Below, one piece after another: positions 1-10,699 of a stretch of DNA of 64,000 nucleotides (positions within the stretch are counted from its first letter, which is position 1; every line of letters starts with the position of its first letter). Location of the stretch: contig NW_024056011.1 of NCBI RefSeq assembly GCF_902713615.1, forward strand, positions 124,001 to 188,000, in the 5' to 3' direction. The DNA comes from Scyliorhinus canicula (Eukaryota). The position numbers were made by a program, and so were the translations under genes. A model generated the notes under the pieces. The model was not told where the DNA came from. It ran no database searches and was given only the letters and a program-made list of their open reading frames with translations.

Positions 1-1488
1 TAGGCCTAATGTAAGACAAACAGAGATCAGTGGGGTAATAACAGAGACTGATTGAAATGTGGAATGGACCTCGGTAAAATGTTGGTTTTGTGATGTGAAT
101 GGATATCAACTTCTCATGAGCTTCTCTCAAACTTGATTGTAACGGTGTTGACAAAATGGGTATTAACATTTATTGAAGTCAGGGAAACCTGTATTTATTT
201 TACCTGTGCGCTTTCGAATGTGACAGAGAAAAATAAGCTGAACAATCCAGGCAGGTTCCAGGAGCGCTGGAAGATTTGAAATCACAGAGATTCCTTCACA
301 AGGCCTAGGGCAGCATGATTGTAGTTACGTCCAGGAACATTCGTTTGGCAGTTATTGGCTGATTCCATGTGTGTCCTGCAGAATACTGGCAATGATTGGC
401 ACTTCCAGGCAGTCGCTGAATCGTGGTTCCTGGGATTTGCCGCCATCTGGTGTTAGAGGTTCTTCCACCAATATGTTATTCAGTCCAGAGAATTATCGTT
501 TACGAGTTTCATTTACAATACATTTTGAAGGGAAAGCAGTTGTGGTAATGAAGTAGTTACATTCAGTGCATGACAAAGCACAGTAAACCAGTCAGATTGC
601 TGAGGACCTTGCCAGCAATGGTAATACATAATGTTTGATCAGCACGTACAGGTTGTCAGTGGGAGCAACTTCAATCTAAAAGATGTCTTCAGCTGAAATG
701 AACACCCCAGTCTTTCTCTGGCACTTGCAAGGATGACGAAACATCACATCTGGCCCTAGGTCGTGAATTCCATCCTTGAAAGTATCCTTGATATTCCTCA
801 CTGCCTGAAACTCGCATTATTCACATTCTGAGATGTGTGACGTATCCGTTAAGTTTTAGGATCTCTATTCTAGCCCTTGTGCAGTCCTTTTCAGGGTTTG
901 TAACTCACTACAGCAATCTTTCTAACATTTTCGCAATCAAGCTTCTGTATTCAGTCAGTTCCTGGCCATTTGTTCCAATGCTTGGAACGCAGCAGTCATG
1001 TCTTTCCTCAATTATACATTGTTCATAAGATCAAATCAGGCCCTGAAAGTAAACTCGAAGGACTTGTTTACGGTGTAGATTCTTAGCTTTAAGAGATATT
1101 AATATTGCGAAGTGCTCAGTCAGACTATTAACATTATTAGGGCTTTTCTCACCTGGGTCCATCAGTCTGATACATAGTGATATTGTAAACCAATAATGAT
1201 TTGTGTATTTTCCACGAGTTCATTGTGATTCGGCGATTTAAGCAGTTCCTCAGGTCACCGGCTGGTTTTTGCATTCTCAATGACAGTGTCAAGTTCACTG
1301 ATATACCGAAATAAACGCCAGCCAATTCTGCCCTCCCAGTGTTACTGCATTAATTGGGCGGAATCTATATTCGATGTGAACTATATTAAATGTTGTTTCT
1401 GTGGATTGTGCTCGCGGTCTCCGCGCACAGGAAAGGATTCACGTGTCAGCCACAAACAGACAGCAGCTGTGACCCAGAAACCTGCGGC

Positions 1489-1527
1489 AGTTTTTGTACG
1501 AGGATCTCACTCGTTGCCATCACTGTG
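1489..1527 (-). other. 23-bp-spacer recombination signal sequence
   Basis: CACAGTG + 23 bp + ACAAAAACT on the minus strand, directly after the YYCAQS codons. Confidence 0.97.
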
Positions 1528-2559
1528 AGACTCTGTGCACAGTAATAGACCGCGCTGTCAGACAGCCGCAGCTCCGAGATGGTCAATCGGTACAACTTCT
1601 CTGATTGTTGGAGGGTAACGGAAAACCGTTCCTGAGCGAAATCCGCTTTCACTGGATCACCTCCGCTCTCGTATATCTGGACAGCAAACTCTGGCTCTCT
1701 ATCTGGGTACTGACGGTACCAGAATAAATAATAAGCATCATCGGTATACGTGCAGGTTAAAGTGACATCTTCTCCCTCTGTCTGTGTGAGTGAGGATTCC
1801 CGCTGAGTAACAGAGTCTCCGTCGCTCAGACCTGCAACACACGATTATAGAAAGTGTTAGTCATCGATTAAACGTTACACTAAACTGAGTCGACGGTCAA
1901 AATTTGCAATCAGAGTTACAGAAAAATAAATAGAAGTGAGAATGTAAGATAGTAATTCGACCTCACTGGCTATATCAGTATTAACCACCCCCTCCCTCTC
2001 CATCTCACTCTATCAGTAAATTAACCCATTATTTTATTCATCTTCTGTTTCTCTACATTGCTCCAATGCATCAATACCATTTTCCTCAACTGCTCCATGT
2101 GGTAGTGAATTCCACACTCACGCCGTTCTTTGTGTGACGAGTTTCTGCTGAATTCCCCATTAGATGTTTTAATGACGTTTGTTGTAACTCACAGTTTTGG
2201 AATTCTCCATAAGGGCAAACATCTTCTTGTATTTCCCATCGAACTCCGTCATTATAACTCTATTAGGTTACCCTTCGCAACGCCGTTTACTGGAGAACAA
2301 CATCCGAGTTGTAGCGTTATATGACAATACGCCGCACTTATGAAATTATATTCTGTGTGTTATTCTGTGCCCTATATTCATCTTGTAAAATACATCCAAG
2401 AAACGCTTAATGCAAACCAAGGCCGAATCCAGGTACAAGTTTAATATGAATTCCCTGACTTTCCAATGTATCCCTCCTGAATTTAAACATTTGTAAAGTT
2501 TCAAACTTCTTACCTGCAATGACTATCACCCAGGCCAGAGCGAGAGTGGGGAACCGCAT
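1528..2559 (-). CDS. TCR alpha/delta-type V gene segment (leader 2559-2514 + V exon 1831-1528), apparently functional
   Basis: 46-nt leader MRFPTLALAWVIVIA ends G|GTAAG. Acceptor TTGCAG. Open V exon GLSDGDSVTQ..TLTCTY..LFWYRQ..LSDSAVYYCAQS with C23, W41 and C104. Confidence 0.95.
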
Positions 2560-2698
2560 CGCTGCTTCTCGGAAAATGCAGGGACTTTTTGTATCCCACA
2601 GAGCAGAATATCGAACAAGAACAGGCGATTGGCTGATGGTGGCCTGGTGTCACTTTCTTCACAACATTCCATAGGCGGAGCTGAGATCGCTGGGTCTG

Positions 2699-2713
2699 AT
2701 TGGTCTGATGTCA
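2699..2713 (-). promoter_or_regulatory. V promoter elements (CRE/decamer-like TGACATCA + CCAAT)
   Basis: Minus strand reads ATTGACATCAGACCAATC about 140-150 bp upstream of the leader ATG. Confidence 0.55.
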
Positions 2714-2984
2714 ATCTGCAACCGCAACTCCGTTCGCTGCAGGCCAAGGAGACATTAACCTGACATTGTGCGGATTAGAGAGAATGAGGAGACCATGTAA
2801 ACAATTTGATCCTTGATTGATCGACCGACGGATTGATCGCTACTTGATCTGAGAGGCGATTCATAATTGGTCAGAGTGATCGTTTGATATGTAATTGATC
2901 TGAAATAGCTCGTCTCGAATTAATAAATATTGAATGTAGATGGAAATGTTCAGTTTATTTCATCCGCTATCGTTAATAAGAATA

Positions 2985-3265
2985 TAGCAAGAAGTCTTAC
3001 AACACCAGGTTAAAGTCCAACAGGTTTGCTTCGAATCACTAGCTATCGGAGCGCTGCACCTTCCTCAAATTCACCTGAGGAAGGAGCAGAGCTCCGAAAG
3101 CTAGTGATTCGAAACAAAGCTGTTGGACTTTAACCTGGATTCACCTGAGGAAGGAGCAGTGCTCCGAAAGCTAGTGATGCGAAACACACCTGTTGGACTT
3201 TAACCTGGTTTTGTAAGACTTCTTGTTGTGCTCACCCCAAACGAACGCCGGCAACTCCACATCAT
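2985..3265 (+). mobile_element. Penelope-like element terminal remnant: one inverted and two tandem copies of a ~70-bp unit with hammerhead-ribozyme cores
   Basis: TCAC-CTGAGGA-A-GGAGC-NNN-GCTCC-GAAA-GCTA-GTGA at 3071-3107 and 3141-3177, with a degenerate reverse-complement copy at ~2990-3068. Confidence 0.7.
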
Positions 3266-4105
3266 AGCCACCATCGACACGGTTAATAAGAGTGAACTTG
3301 TTGATGCTGGGACTGGGGAGGGAGGCGGTATAGAATTGAAAAGGCGCTGAGGTTTCAGCAGCTCAGCGGGAATTTCCTGTCTATTTACATATCTCTAAAG
3401 AACAACTGGGGATCATGCTCACTGTCAAGTGATCAGAGAGCGCCCTCCGCTGTACAGCACAAACCTCACGGAGAACATTGGAAATCCGCACAGACTCTCA
3501 GCAAATAAACACACAGGGACACACACACCCTCACAGACAGGTAGACACAGTCGATGGCCATGCCGATTTAAAAAAAAAACTGGTCAAATAACCGAAACTG
3601 TGAGAGAACAATTTACCTTGCATTGCCACTGGAGGCTCAGTCATCATGTTTCTGTGTTCATTGCACAGAACAATTTAAAGTCATAAGGTATTGATGGATG
3701 TGGATGCAGTTTAGATTGTCCTTTCAGAAAGCCCCACCGGCTGCAATTGGTCTCAGTTGTTCAGTCGGAAACTTCAGTTTATTTTGATTCTCTCACGTTT
3801 TGCGAAGATTGGTCCAACTATCCTTCAATTTCTGTGTGACCAAGGATTAGTTGATGAAGTCCTAACAGATTATTTTTAGATTTTCCTTTCAACCAAAACA
3901 GTTAAAACTGAATAACGAAGCTTTTGGATCGCCTGTGCAGTACCCCGATGCATGACGGTCCTCAGCAACGAAGATAGTGTCTCTGTTATTGGTTGACTAC
4001 AGCTCCGTACGTTTCAGCCAAGACCGTCTCTAATTTATGCCCTTGTTGGTCAATGTTTAAAAATCCTTTGTTGTTATTAACGTCCTGTCTGCATTCTCTG
4101 TCCAG

Positions 4106-4200
4106 ATGGATCATGGCTTCAGGGAGATTCACAATATTCTAGACCACATTACTGAAGTGACACTTAGGAAGGTTCAAACGTTGGGAAGTTCACTTACAGA
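4106..4200 (+). pseudogene. Possible heavily decayed 5' V-exon relic
   Basis: Acceptor TTCTCTGTCCAG followed by ..QGDS..*..*EGSNV..FTY, weakly resembling a V-exon start. Confidence 0.25.
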
Positions 4201-4364
4201 GGGACAATAAACACCGAAAGTGCCAGGCAAGCTGTGCTTATCTTTCTTGTTAATTAGGCATCACTTTTCTTGTTTTATTATAAGCCATGTCCACAATATC
4301 TACAAACGTTTTAGGGTGAAATGGTTGTTGCAAATTTACGCTCGACAGCAAAATAAATGAACTA

Positions 4365-5276
4365 ATGCAACATTGCAGCGTCTGGGAATCTGTGATGGTG
4401 ACAACGTTGAAGATCTGGAGGCTGTTGAGGCAGAACTTTAAGTTGGGGGCTGGGTCAGGGGGATGCCGATTCGGGGGAATCATAGATTCGAGCAGGGGAG
4501 GCTGGATAGGTGGTTTCGGAAATGGAAGGAGAGGGGGATTAAGGTCTGAAAAGATCTGTTCCCGGGAGGACGTTTTGAGAAGTTAGGGCGGAAGATCGGA
4601 TTGGCACAAGAGGAAAAGTTTAGGTATCTGCAAGTGCGAGACTTTGTAAGTAAGGAGTTTCCGAGCATCCCGATAGCGCCAGCACCCTCGCTGTTGGTGG
4701 ACAGGGTGGGAGAAGGGGGTTGTGTTGGCGATTTATGGGAAGATTTTGGAGAAAGGTAGGGTGTCCATGGAAGGAATTAAATCCAAATGGGAAGAAGAGT
4801 TGGGGGAGGTAATGGAAGAAGGTCTGTAGTGTGAGGGTGAATGCCCCAACCTCCTGAGCGAGGTTGGTGCTGATACAATTGAAAGTCTTGTAAAGTCTCA
4901 CCTCACAAAGATAAGGATGAGTCGATTCTTTGAAGGGGAGACGATGTTTGCGTGCCCTATGGGATGGGCCCCGCAAAGCATGTACATGTTTTTGGATCCT
5001 GCCCAACCTGGAGAGGTATTGGAGGGACATATTTTGAAATCATGTCAGGTGTGTTGTATGTGGATTTGGAGCCGGGTCCCCTAGTGGCCATTTTCGGGAT
5101 GTCGGACTGGCCCGAGCTTCAGGTGGGTGTGGGGGCAGACGTTTCCGTCTTCGCCTCGCTGACTGCTCGGAGGTGGGTCCTGCTGGGGCGGCGGTCGGCT
5201 TCTCCACTCTGTCATGGAGCCCTAGCCAAACTGAAGTCCATGGTGGAGGGGTGGGGGGGAGGGGGGGGGGGGGGGA
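4365..5276 (+). mobile_element. L1-clade LINE ORF2 C-terminal fragment
   Basis: Disrupted frames encode VTTLKIWR.LRQNFKL, FRYLQVRD and HVFGSCP; similar to the element at 52-55 kb. Confidence 0.7.
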
Positions 5277-5289
5277 AGAGAGAGAGAGA

Positions 5290-6111
5290 CATCCACTGGT
5301 CGGAGTAATACCTAGCACAAAGTAAGATTATTGATGATTGTGTTTGTTGGAGGTCAGTCATCTCAGCTCCAGGGCATCACTGCAGGAGTAACTCAGGGTT
5401 GTGTCCAAGGCACAAATATCTTCAGATGCTTCATCAGTGACCTCCTGTCCAACATACGATCAGACGTGGGGATGTTCGCTAATGATTGGACAATCATTCC
5501 TGAATCTTCAGACACTGAAAAAGTGCGCGTGCAAAAGCAGCAAGACCCAGACATCCACGATAAGGCTAACACGTGGCAAGTAACATTCAAGCGCCACAAA
5601 ATTTCCAGGCAATTACCATTTCAAATAAGAGAGATTCAAATCGCTCCCCATTGCGATTCAATAACATTGCCATCACTAAATCCCCACTATCAAAATCCTA
5701 GGCGTTACCATTGACTGGAAACTGAACCGGACTAGCCATTTAAATACTGTGGCTACAGGAGCAGGTCAGAGGCTCGGAAACCTGGGGCGAGTAACTCACC
5801 TTCTGACTCCCCAAAGCCTGTCCAACATCTACTGAGCACAACTGAGGAGTGTGATAGAGTACTTCCACCTGCCTGGATTTGTGCATCTCCAACAACACTC
5901 AAGACGTGCGCAACAATATCCAGGGCAAAACAGCCGCTTGATTGGCAGGCCCTTTACAAACATTCACTCCTTCCACTACTGATGCACAGTAGCAGCAATG
6001 TGTACCAACTGCAAGATGCACTGCAGGAACTTACCAAGTCTCTTTTGGCAACACCTTCCAAACTCACGACCACTGCAATCGAGATGGACAAGAGCAGCAG
6101 ATATCTGGGAA

Positions 6112-6143
<32 letters not shown>

Positions 6144-6390
6144 CCCCCACTTAGACGTTCCCCTCCAAGTCACCCGCTATCCTGATTTGCAAATCTATTG
6201 CTGTTCCTTCACTGTCGCTGGGTAAAAATCCTGGAACTCTCTCCCCAATACCACAGTGGGCGTGACTACATCGCATTGACTGCAGCGGTTAAAGAAGGCA
6301 GCTCATTGCCACCTTGCCAAGGGCAATTAGGCAGGGGCAACAAATGCTCCCCTAGCCGGCGAATCCCACATTCCATGAAATATATTTTTT
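5290..6390 (+). mobile_element. CR1/L2-type LINE RT and 3' fragment
   Basis: GGQSSQLQGITAGVTQG..F..FISDL..DVGMFA(N)D, a decayed RT PQGS/FADD region. Confidence 0.8.
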
Positions 6391-6979
6391 TACCTTTGGT
6401 TTGGAGTAACACACAGCCTCGGCAGGTATGGGAGGCAGATTTCCTCCCATAAAGTACATGAACGAACCAGGTAGATTTCCACCGACATGGCTTTTCATAT
6501 TAATTGAATTTACATTTATCTCGCTGCCATGGCAGGATTTGCAACACTTTCCCCAAGCCGTTAACATGGATCCCTGAATTACCTTTCCAGTGATATTATC
6601 ACTACACCACCACCACCCCATGGGGTGATGAATGAGAAGAGGGTGTTATTGATGCTTACTTTCCCGTCTATGTTGCGTTCGAAATAACTACAAACGAAAA
6701 CTGTAACTATTTATTCCTGAATGGTCCTTTGAAGAAGTCAGCAATGTCAAAATTAACTGCACAATGAAAACATTATATCCTGATGTGTTCTTGTGTTATG
6801 CCATCATTTAGGGCAGTACCCACAGTACATGTCTGTATTATTTCAGGAATAATAAGCAGGAAACTAGACTTCACTGACTTTCTTGCGCCTTTAATAAAAC
6901 CAACATAGCAATGTTTTGGGCAGCCAATTCACCGATATGTACGGACAAATGTAAGAACAAAGAGTTCCAATCGAGCACT

Positions 6980-7410
6980 CTGCTCTCGAATCTGTCCTGA
7001 CGTTCAGTCAGACCAGAGCTGATCTGATCTTTGTCTTTACTCCACATTTCCGCCTGATCCCTATGACACATTGACACCCATTATAATTCAAAGACCTGTA
7101 GAACTCCGCCGTAAAATTATTCAATGACCCGGCCTCCAGTGTTCTCTGGGAAAGAGAATCCCAAAGTTTAATGTCCCTCTGAGAAAACGAATTCCTTCCA
7201 TCTCCAGCATTATTGGGAGACTTCATATTGTAAGCTGCATCCCCTGGTTATAGATTCCCCGCAAAAGGGGAAACATCCTTCCAGCATCTATCCTGTCAAA
7301 TCTCTCAGAATCTACTGTGTTTCACTATGATTAACTTTAATTCTTCAAACTCCAATATGTATAGGTCCCGCTGCTCAAACTGTCCTCATAAGACAAACAC
7401 CTTCATCCCA
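6980..7410 (-). mobile_element. CR1-like LINE 3' fragment
   Basis: Minus strand encodes RNSFSQR..LWDSL.QRTLEAGSLNNF, a typical CR1 ORF2 C-terminus. Confidence 0.65.
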
Positions 7411-8138
7411 GGTATCAATCCGGTGAACGGTCTCTGAATTTTGCTCAATACCAACTTCATTTTCAGAATTTCCTCGCAGGTCGTGTTCTTGAGGAATAAG
7501 TAGTGTCCAGTGATTGTATCAACCGAGGCAATATTGCAACCCAATCAGCGCTGCCTCTCTTACCTCCACCTGTTTAACATGTTGTAACTCGCCCCAGGGT
7601 GATCACAATGTCTTCCATTAACATGTGAATCTTTTCATTTGGTGTTGTTGGTTAACTGAGAGTGAGGGGAATCTCACTGGTGTCACAGGTATTAACGGTA
7701 GGACAGGAAAGCAGAACATTGGCTGCTAATACACCCAATCTCTCATCAGTCCTTGCTCATATAAAAGCAAAATACTGTGGATGGGAGAAGTCTGAAATAA
7801 AAACACAAAATGCTGGATAACCTCAGCAGGTCTGGTCCATATGATTCTTCTTCAGAACAATCTTTGCTCATCGGTTACAATAACCAGATGAAGCTTCCAT
7901 CCACTCGCCGTTCCTAAAGCGGAACAATTTGTCCTATAAGGAACCGACTGGTGCACAGGTTGGTGAGCTTCCATTCAGTGACAGCCAGTTCAGCATCAAC
8001 CAATCACACGGTGCCACTGGCGAAATACGGAACTGACGTCTGAGCATTCTGAAATACGTCATCAGATTATTGAGGGTGGGGATGAGGACGGACGGTTTCA
8101 GATATCCGATTCCCCCTTTTACAGAGCGGTCAGCGGCA

Positions 8139-8597
8139 ATGCGGCTCCTCAGCATCTGGGTTGTGTGGGGAGCATTTCTAACAGGTATTTGTGGATACAT
8201 CATATTTTCTTTCATTTCTAAAACATGGGTCGGATCTGAATTTTGAGCACATGTCCGTCTGATCTTTAATTGTTTGAACATGTTTTGCAGATCAGAGTCA
8301 TGGAGATTCTGTCTCTCAGCCGCTGTCCTCAAATGTTCAGACGGAAGGAAAAGCGGTGACTTTGAACTGTACCTATGATACTGCAGAAAACAGCTATTAT
8401 TTATTCTGGTACCGCCAACATCCAGACTCACAGCCCGAGTATATACTGAGGAAGCACTCGGGGGGTTATGAAGATAAAGCAGACTTTGCTAAAGTCCGTT
8501 TCTCAACTGACCTCCAGACCTCGAAGAAATTCCTCAGTTTGACTATCGGGGATCTGCAGCTGAGTGATGCTGCCGTGTATTACTGCGCTTTCAGCCT
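8139..8597 (+). CDS. TCR alpha/delta-type V gene segment (leader 8139-8184 + V exon 8291-8597), apparently functional
   Basis: 46-nt leader MRLLSIWVVWGAFLT ends G|GTATT. V exon DQSHGDSVSQ..TLNCTYDTAENSYYLFWYRQ..LSDAAVYYCAFS resembles TRAV/DV sequences. Confidence 0.96.
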
Positions 8598-8636
8598 CAC
8601 AGTGATGCAAAGCAGCCTCACCCCTGTACAAAAACT
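8598..8636 (+). other. 23-RSS
   Basis: CACAGTG + 23 bp + ACAAAAACT. Confidence 0.97.
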
Positions 8637-9002
8637 GTTTTTACATTGTAAGTGAGAGCTCCTCTTCGTGTGTAGAATCTAGAGCAGACGCAGCCACACT
8701 TATCACCGGCGCTGTCAGGCGCTCAAACTCAAATCGATGGCAGAACCCACATTAACCTCGAATCAAACTGTCACAAATATGTTTCCAGCAGCGGCCGACA
8801 AAACAAACTAGAGAATAGAATTAGGCGGAGAAATCCGTCACAGAATCAATGAGACAGTTGAACTGTTCTACCTACTGATCAACTCAGACTTCTTTTAAAA
8901 TCAGGGCTGTATTTTACGATTTTCCCGAGAAAGTGGTTGTTCACACGAAATATCCCTCAAATGTGGGCCACAAGCGTCAGACATACAACAAAAGGACGTT
9001 CA

Positions 9003-10330
9003 CCATGTTTGTGCGACGTACAGTCTGCCATCTTTGTGTGAAGAACAGTCTAACACGTTTCTGTGATGTGCAGTCTGCCATTTATGTGTGATGTACAGTC
9101 TGACATGTTTGTGTGATGTACAGTCTGCCACGTTTGTGTGATATACAGTCTGCCACGTTTGTGTGATGTACAGTCTGCCACGTTTGTGTGATGTACAGTC
9201 TGCCATGTTTGTGTGATTATACTGTCTGCCATGTTTGTGTGATATACAGTCTGCCACGTTTGTGTGATGTACAGTCTGCCATGTTTGTGTGATGTACAGT
9301 CTAACACGTTTCTGTGATGCACAGTCTGGCATGTTTGTGTGATGTACAGTCTGCATTGTTTGCGTGATGTACAGTCTGCCATGTTTGTGTGATGTAGAGT
9401 CAGCCATGTTTGTGTGATGTACAGTCTACCATGTTTGTATGATATACTGTCTGCCATGTTTGTGTGATGTAGTCTGCCATGTTTGTGTGATGTACAGTCT
9501 GCCATGTTTGTGTGATGTAGTCTGCCATGTTTGTGTGATGTACAGTCAGCCAGGTTTATATGATGTACAGCCTCCCATTTTTGTGTGATGTACAGTCAGC
9601 CAGGTTTGTGTGATATACAGTCTGCCATGTTTGCGTGATGTACAGTCTGCCATGTTTGTGTGATGTAGAGTCAGCCATGTTTGCGTGATGTACAGTCTGC
9701 CATGTTTGTGTGATGTAGAGTCAGCCATGTTTGTGTGATGTACAGTCTACCATGTTTGTATGATGTACTGTCTGCCATGTTTGTGTGATGTAGTCTGCCA
9801 TGTTTGTGTGATGTACAGTCTGCCATGTTTGTGTGATGTAGTCTGCCATGTTTGTGTGATGTACAGTCAGCCAGGTTTATATGATGTACAGCCTCCCATT
9901 TTTGTGTGATGTGCAGTCAGCCAGGTTTGTGTGATATACAGTCTGCCATGTTTGCGTGATGTACAGTCTGCCATGTTTTTGTGATGTACAGTCTACCATG
10001 TTTGTATGATATACTGTCTGCCACGTTTGTGTGATGTGCAGTATAACACGTTTCTGTGCTGTACAGTCTGCCATGTTTGTGTGATTATACTGTCTGCCAT
10101 GCTTGTGTGATGTACAGTCTGCCATGTTTGTGTGATGTACAGTCTGCCATGTTTGTGTGATGTACAGTCTGCCATGTTTGTGTGATGTACAGTCTGCCAT
10201 GTTTGTGTGATGTACAGCCTCCCATTTTTGTGTGATGTACAGCCTCCCATTTTTGTGTGATGTACAGTCAGCCAGATTTGTGTGATGTACAGACTGCCAT
10301 GTGTGTGCGACGTGCAGTCGGCCATACTTG
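9003..10330. repeat. 25-bp minisatellite, roughly 50 units
   Basis: Consensus GTGTGATGTACAGTCTGCCATGTTT; it explains the His/Thr-rich spurious ORFs. Confidence 0.97.
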
Positions 10331-10346
10331 ATAGACATACAATTCG

Positions 10347-10696
10347 ACATAGAACATAGAACAGTACAGCACAGAACAGGCCCTTCGGCCCTCAATGTTG
10401 TGCCGAGCCATGATCACCCCACTCAAACCCACATATCCTCCCTATACCCGTAACCCAACAACTCCCCCCCCCTTAACCTTACTTTTATTAGGACACTACG
10501 GGCAATTTAGCATGGCCAATCTACCTAACCCGCACATCTTTGGACTGTGGGAGGAAACCGGAGCACCCGGAGGAAACCCACGCACACACGGGGAGGACGT
10601 GCAGACTCCACACAGACAGTGACCCAGCCGGGAATCGAACCTGGGACCCTGGAGCTGTGAAGCATTTATGCTAACCACCATGCTACCGTGCTGCCC
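10347..10696 (-). mobile_element. tRNA-derived SINE (HE1-like) with LINE-type (TTCTATG)n tail
   Basis: Minus-strand head GGGCAGCACGGTAGC, B-box GGTTCGATTCC, tail GAAGGGCCTGTTCTGTGCTGTACTGTTCTATG. Confidence 0.9.
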
Positions 10697-10699
10697 CAA

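Noticed and set aside
540-1100. Possible decayed coding sequence on the minus strand
   Set aside because: Multiple stops and no identifiable motif.
1264-1290. GGTTTTTGC as a 12-RSS nonamer
   Set aside because: No CACTGTG-like heptamer at 11-13 or 22-24 bp.
9000-10395. Long His/Thr-rich ORFs; also a possible CRISPR-like or cryptic RSS array
   Set aside because: The ORFs are translations of the minisatellite. There are no unique spacers, and no CAC heptamer has a nonamer at 12 or 23 bp in either direction.
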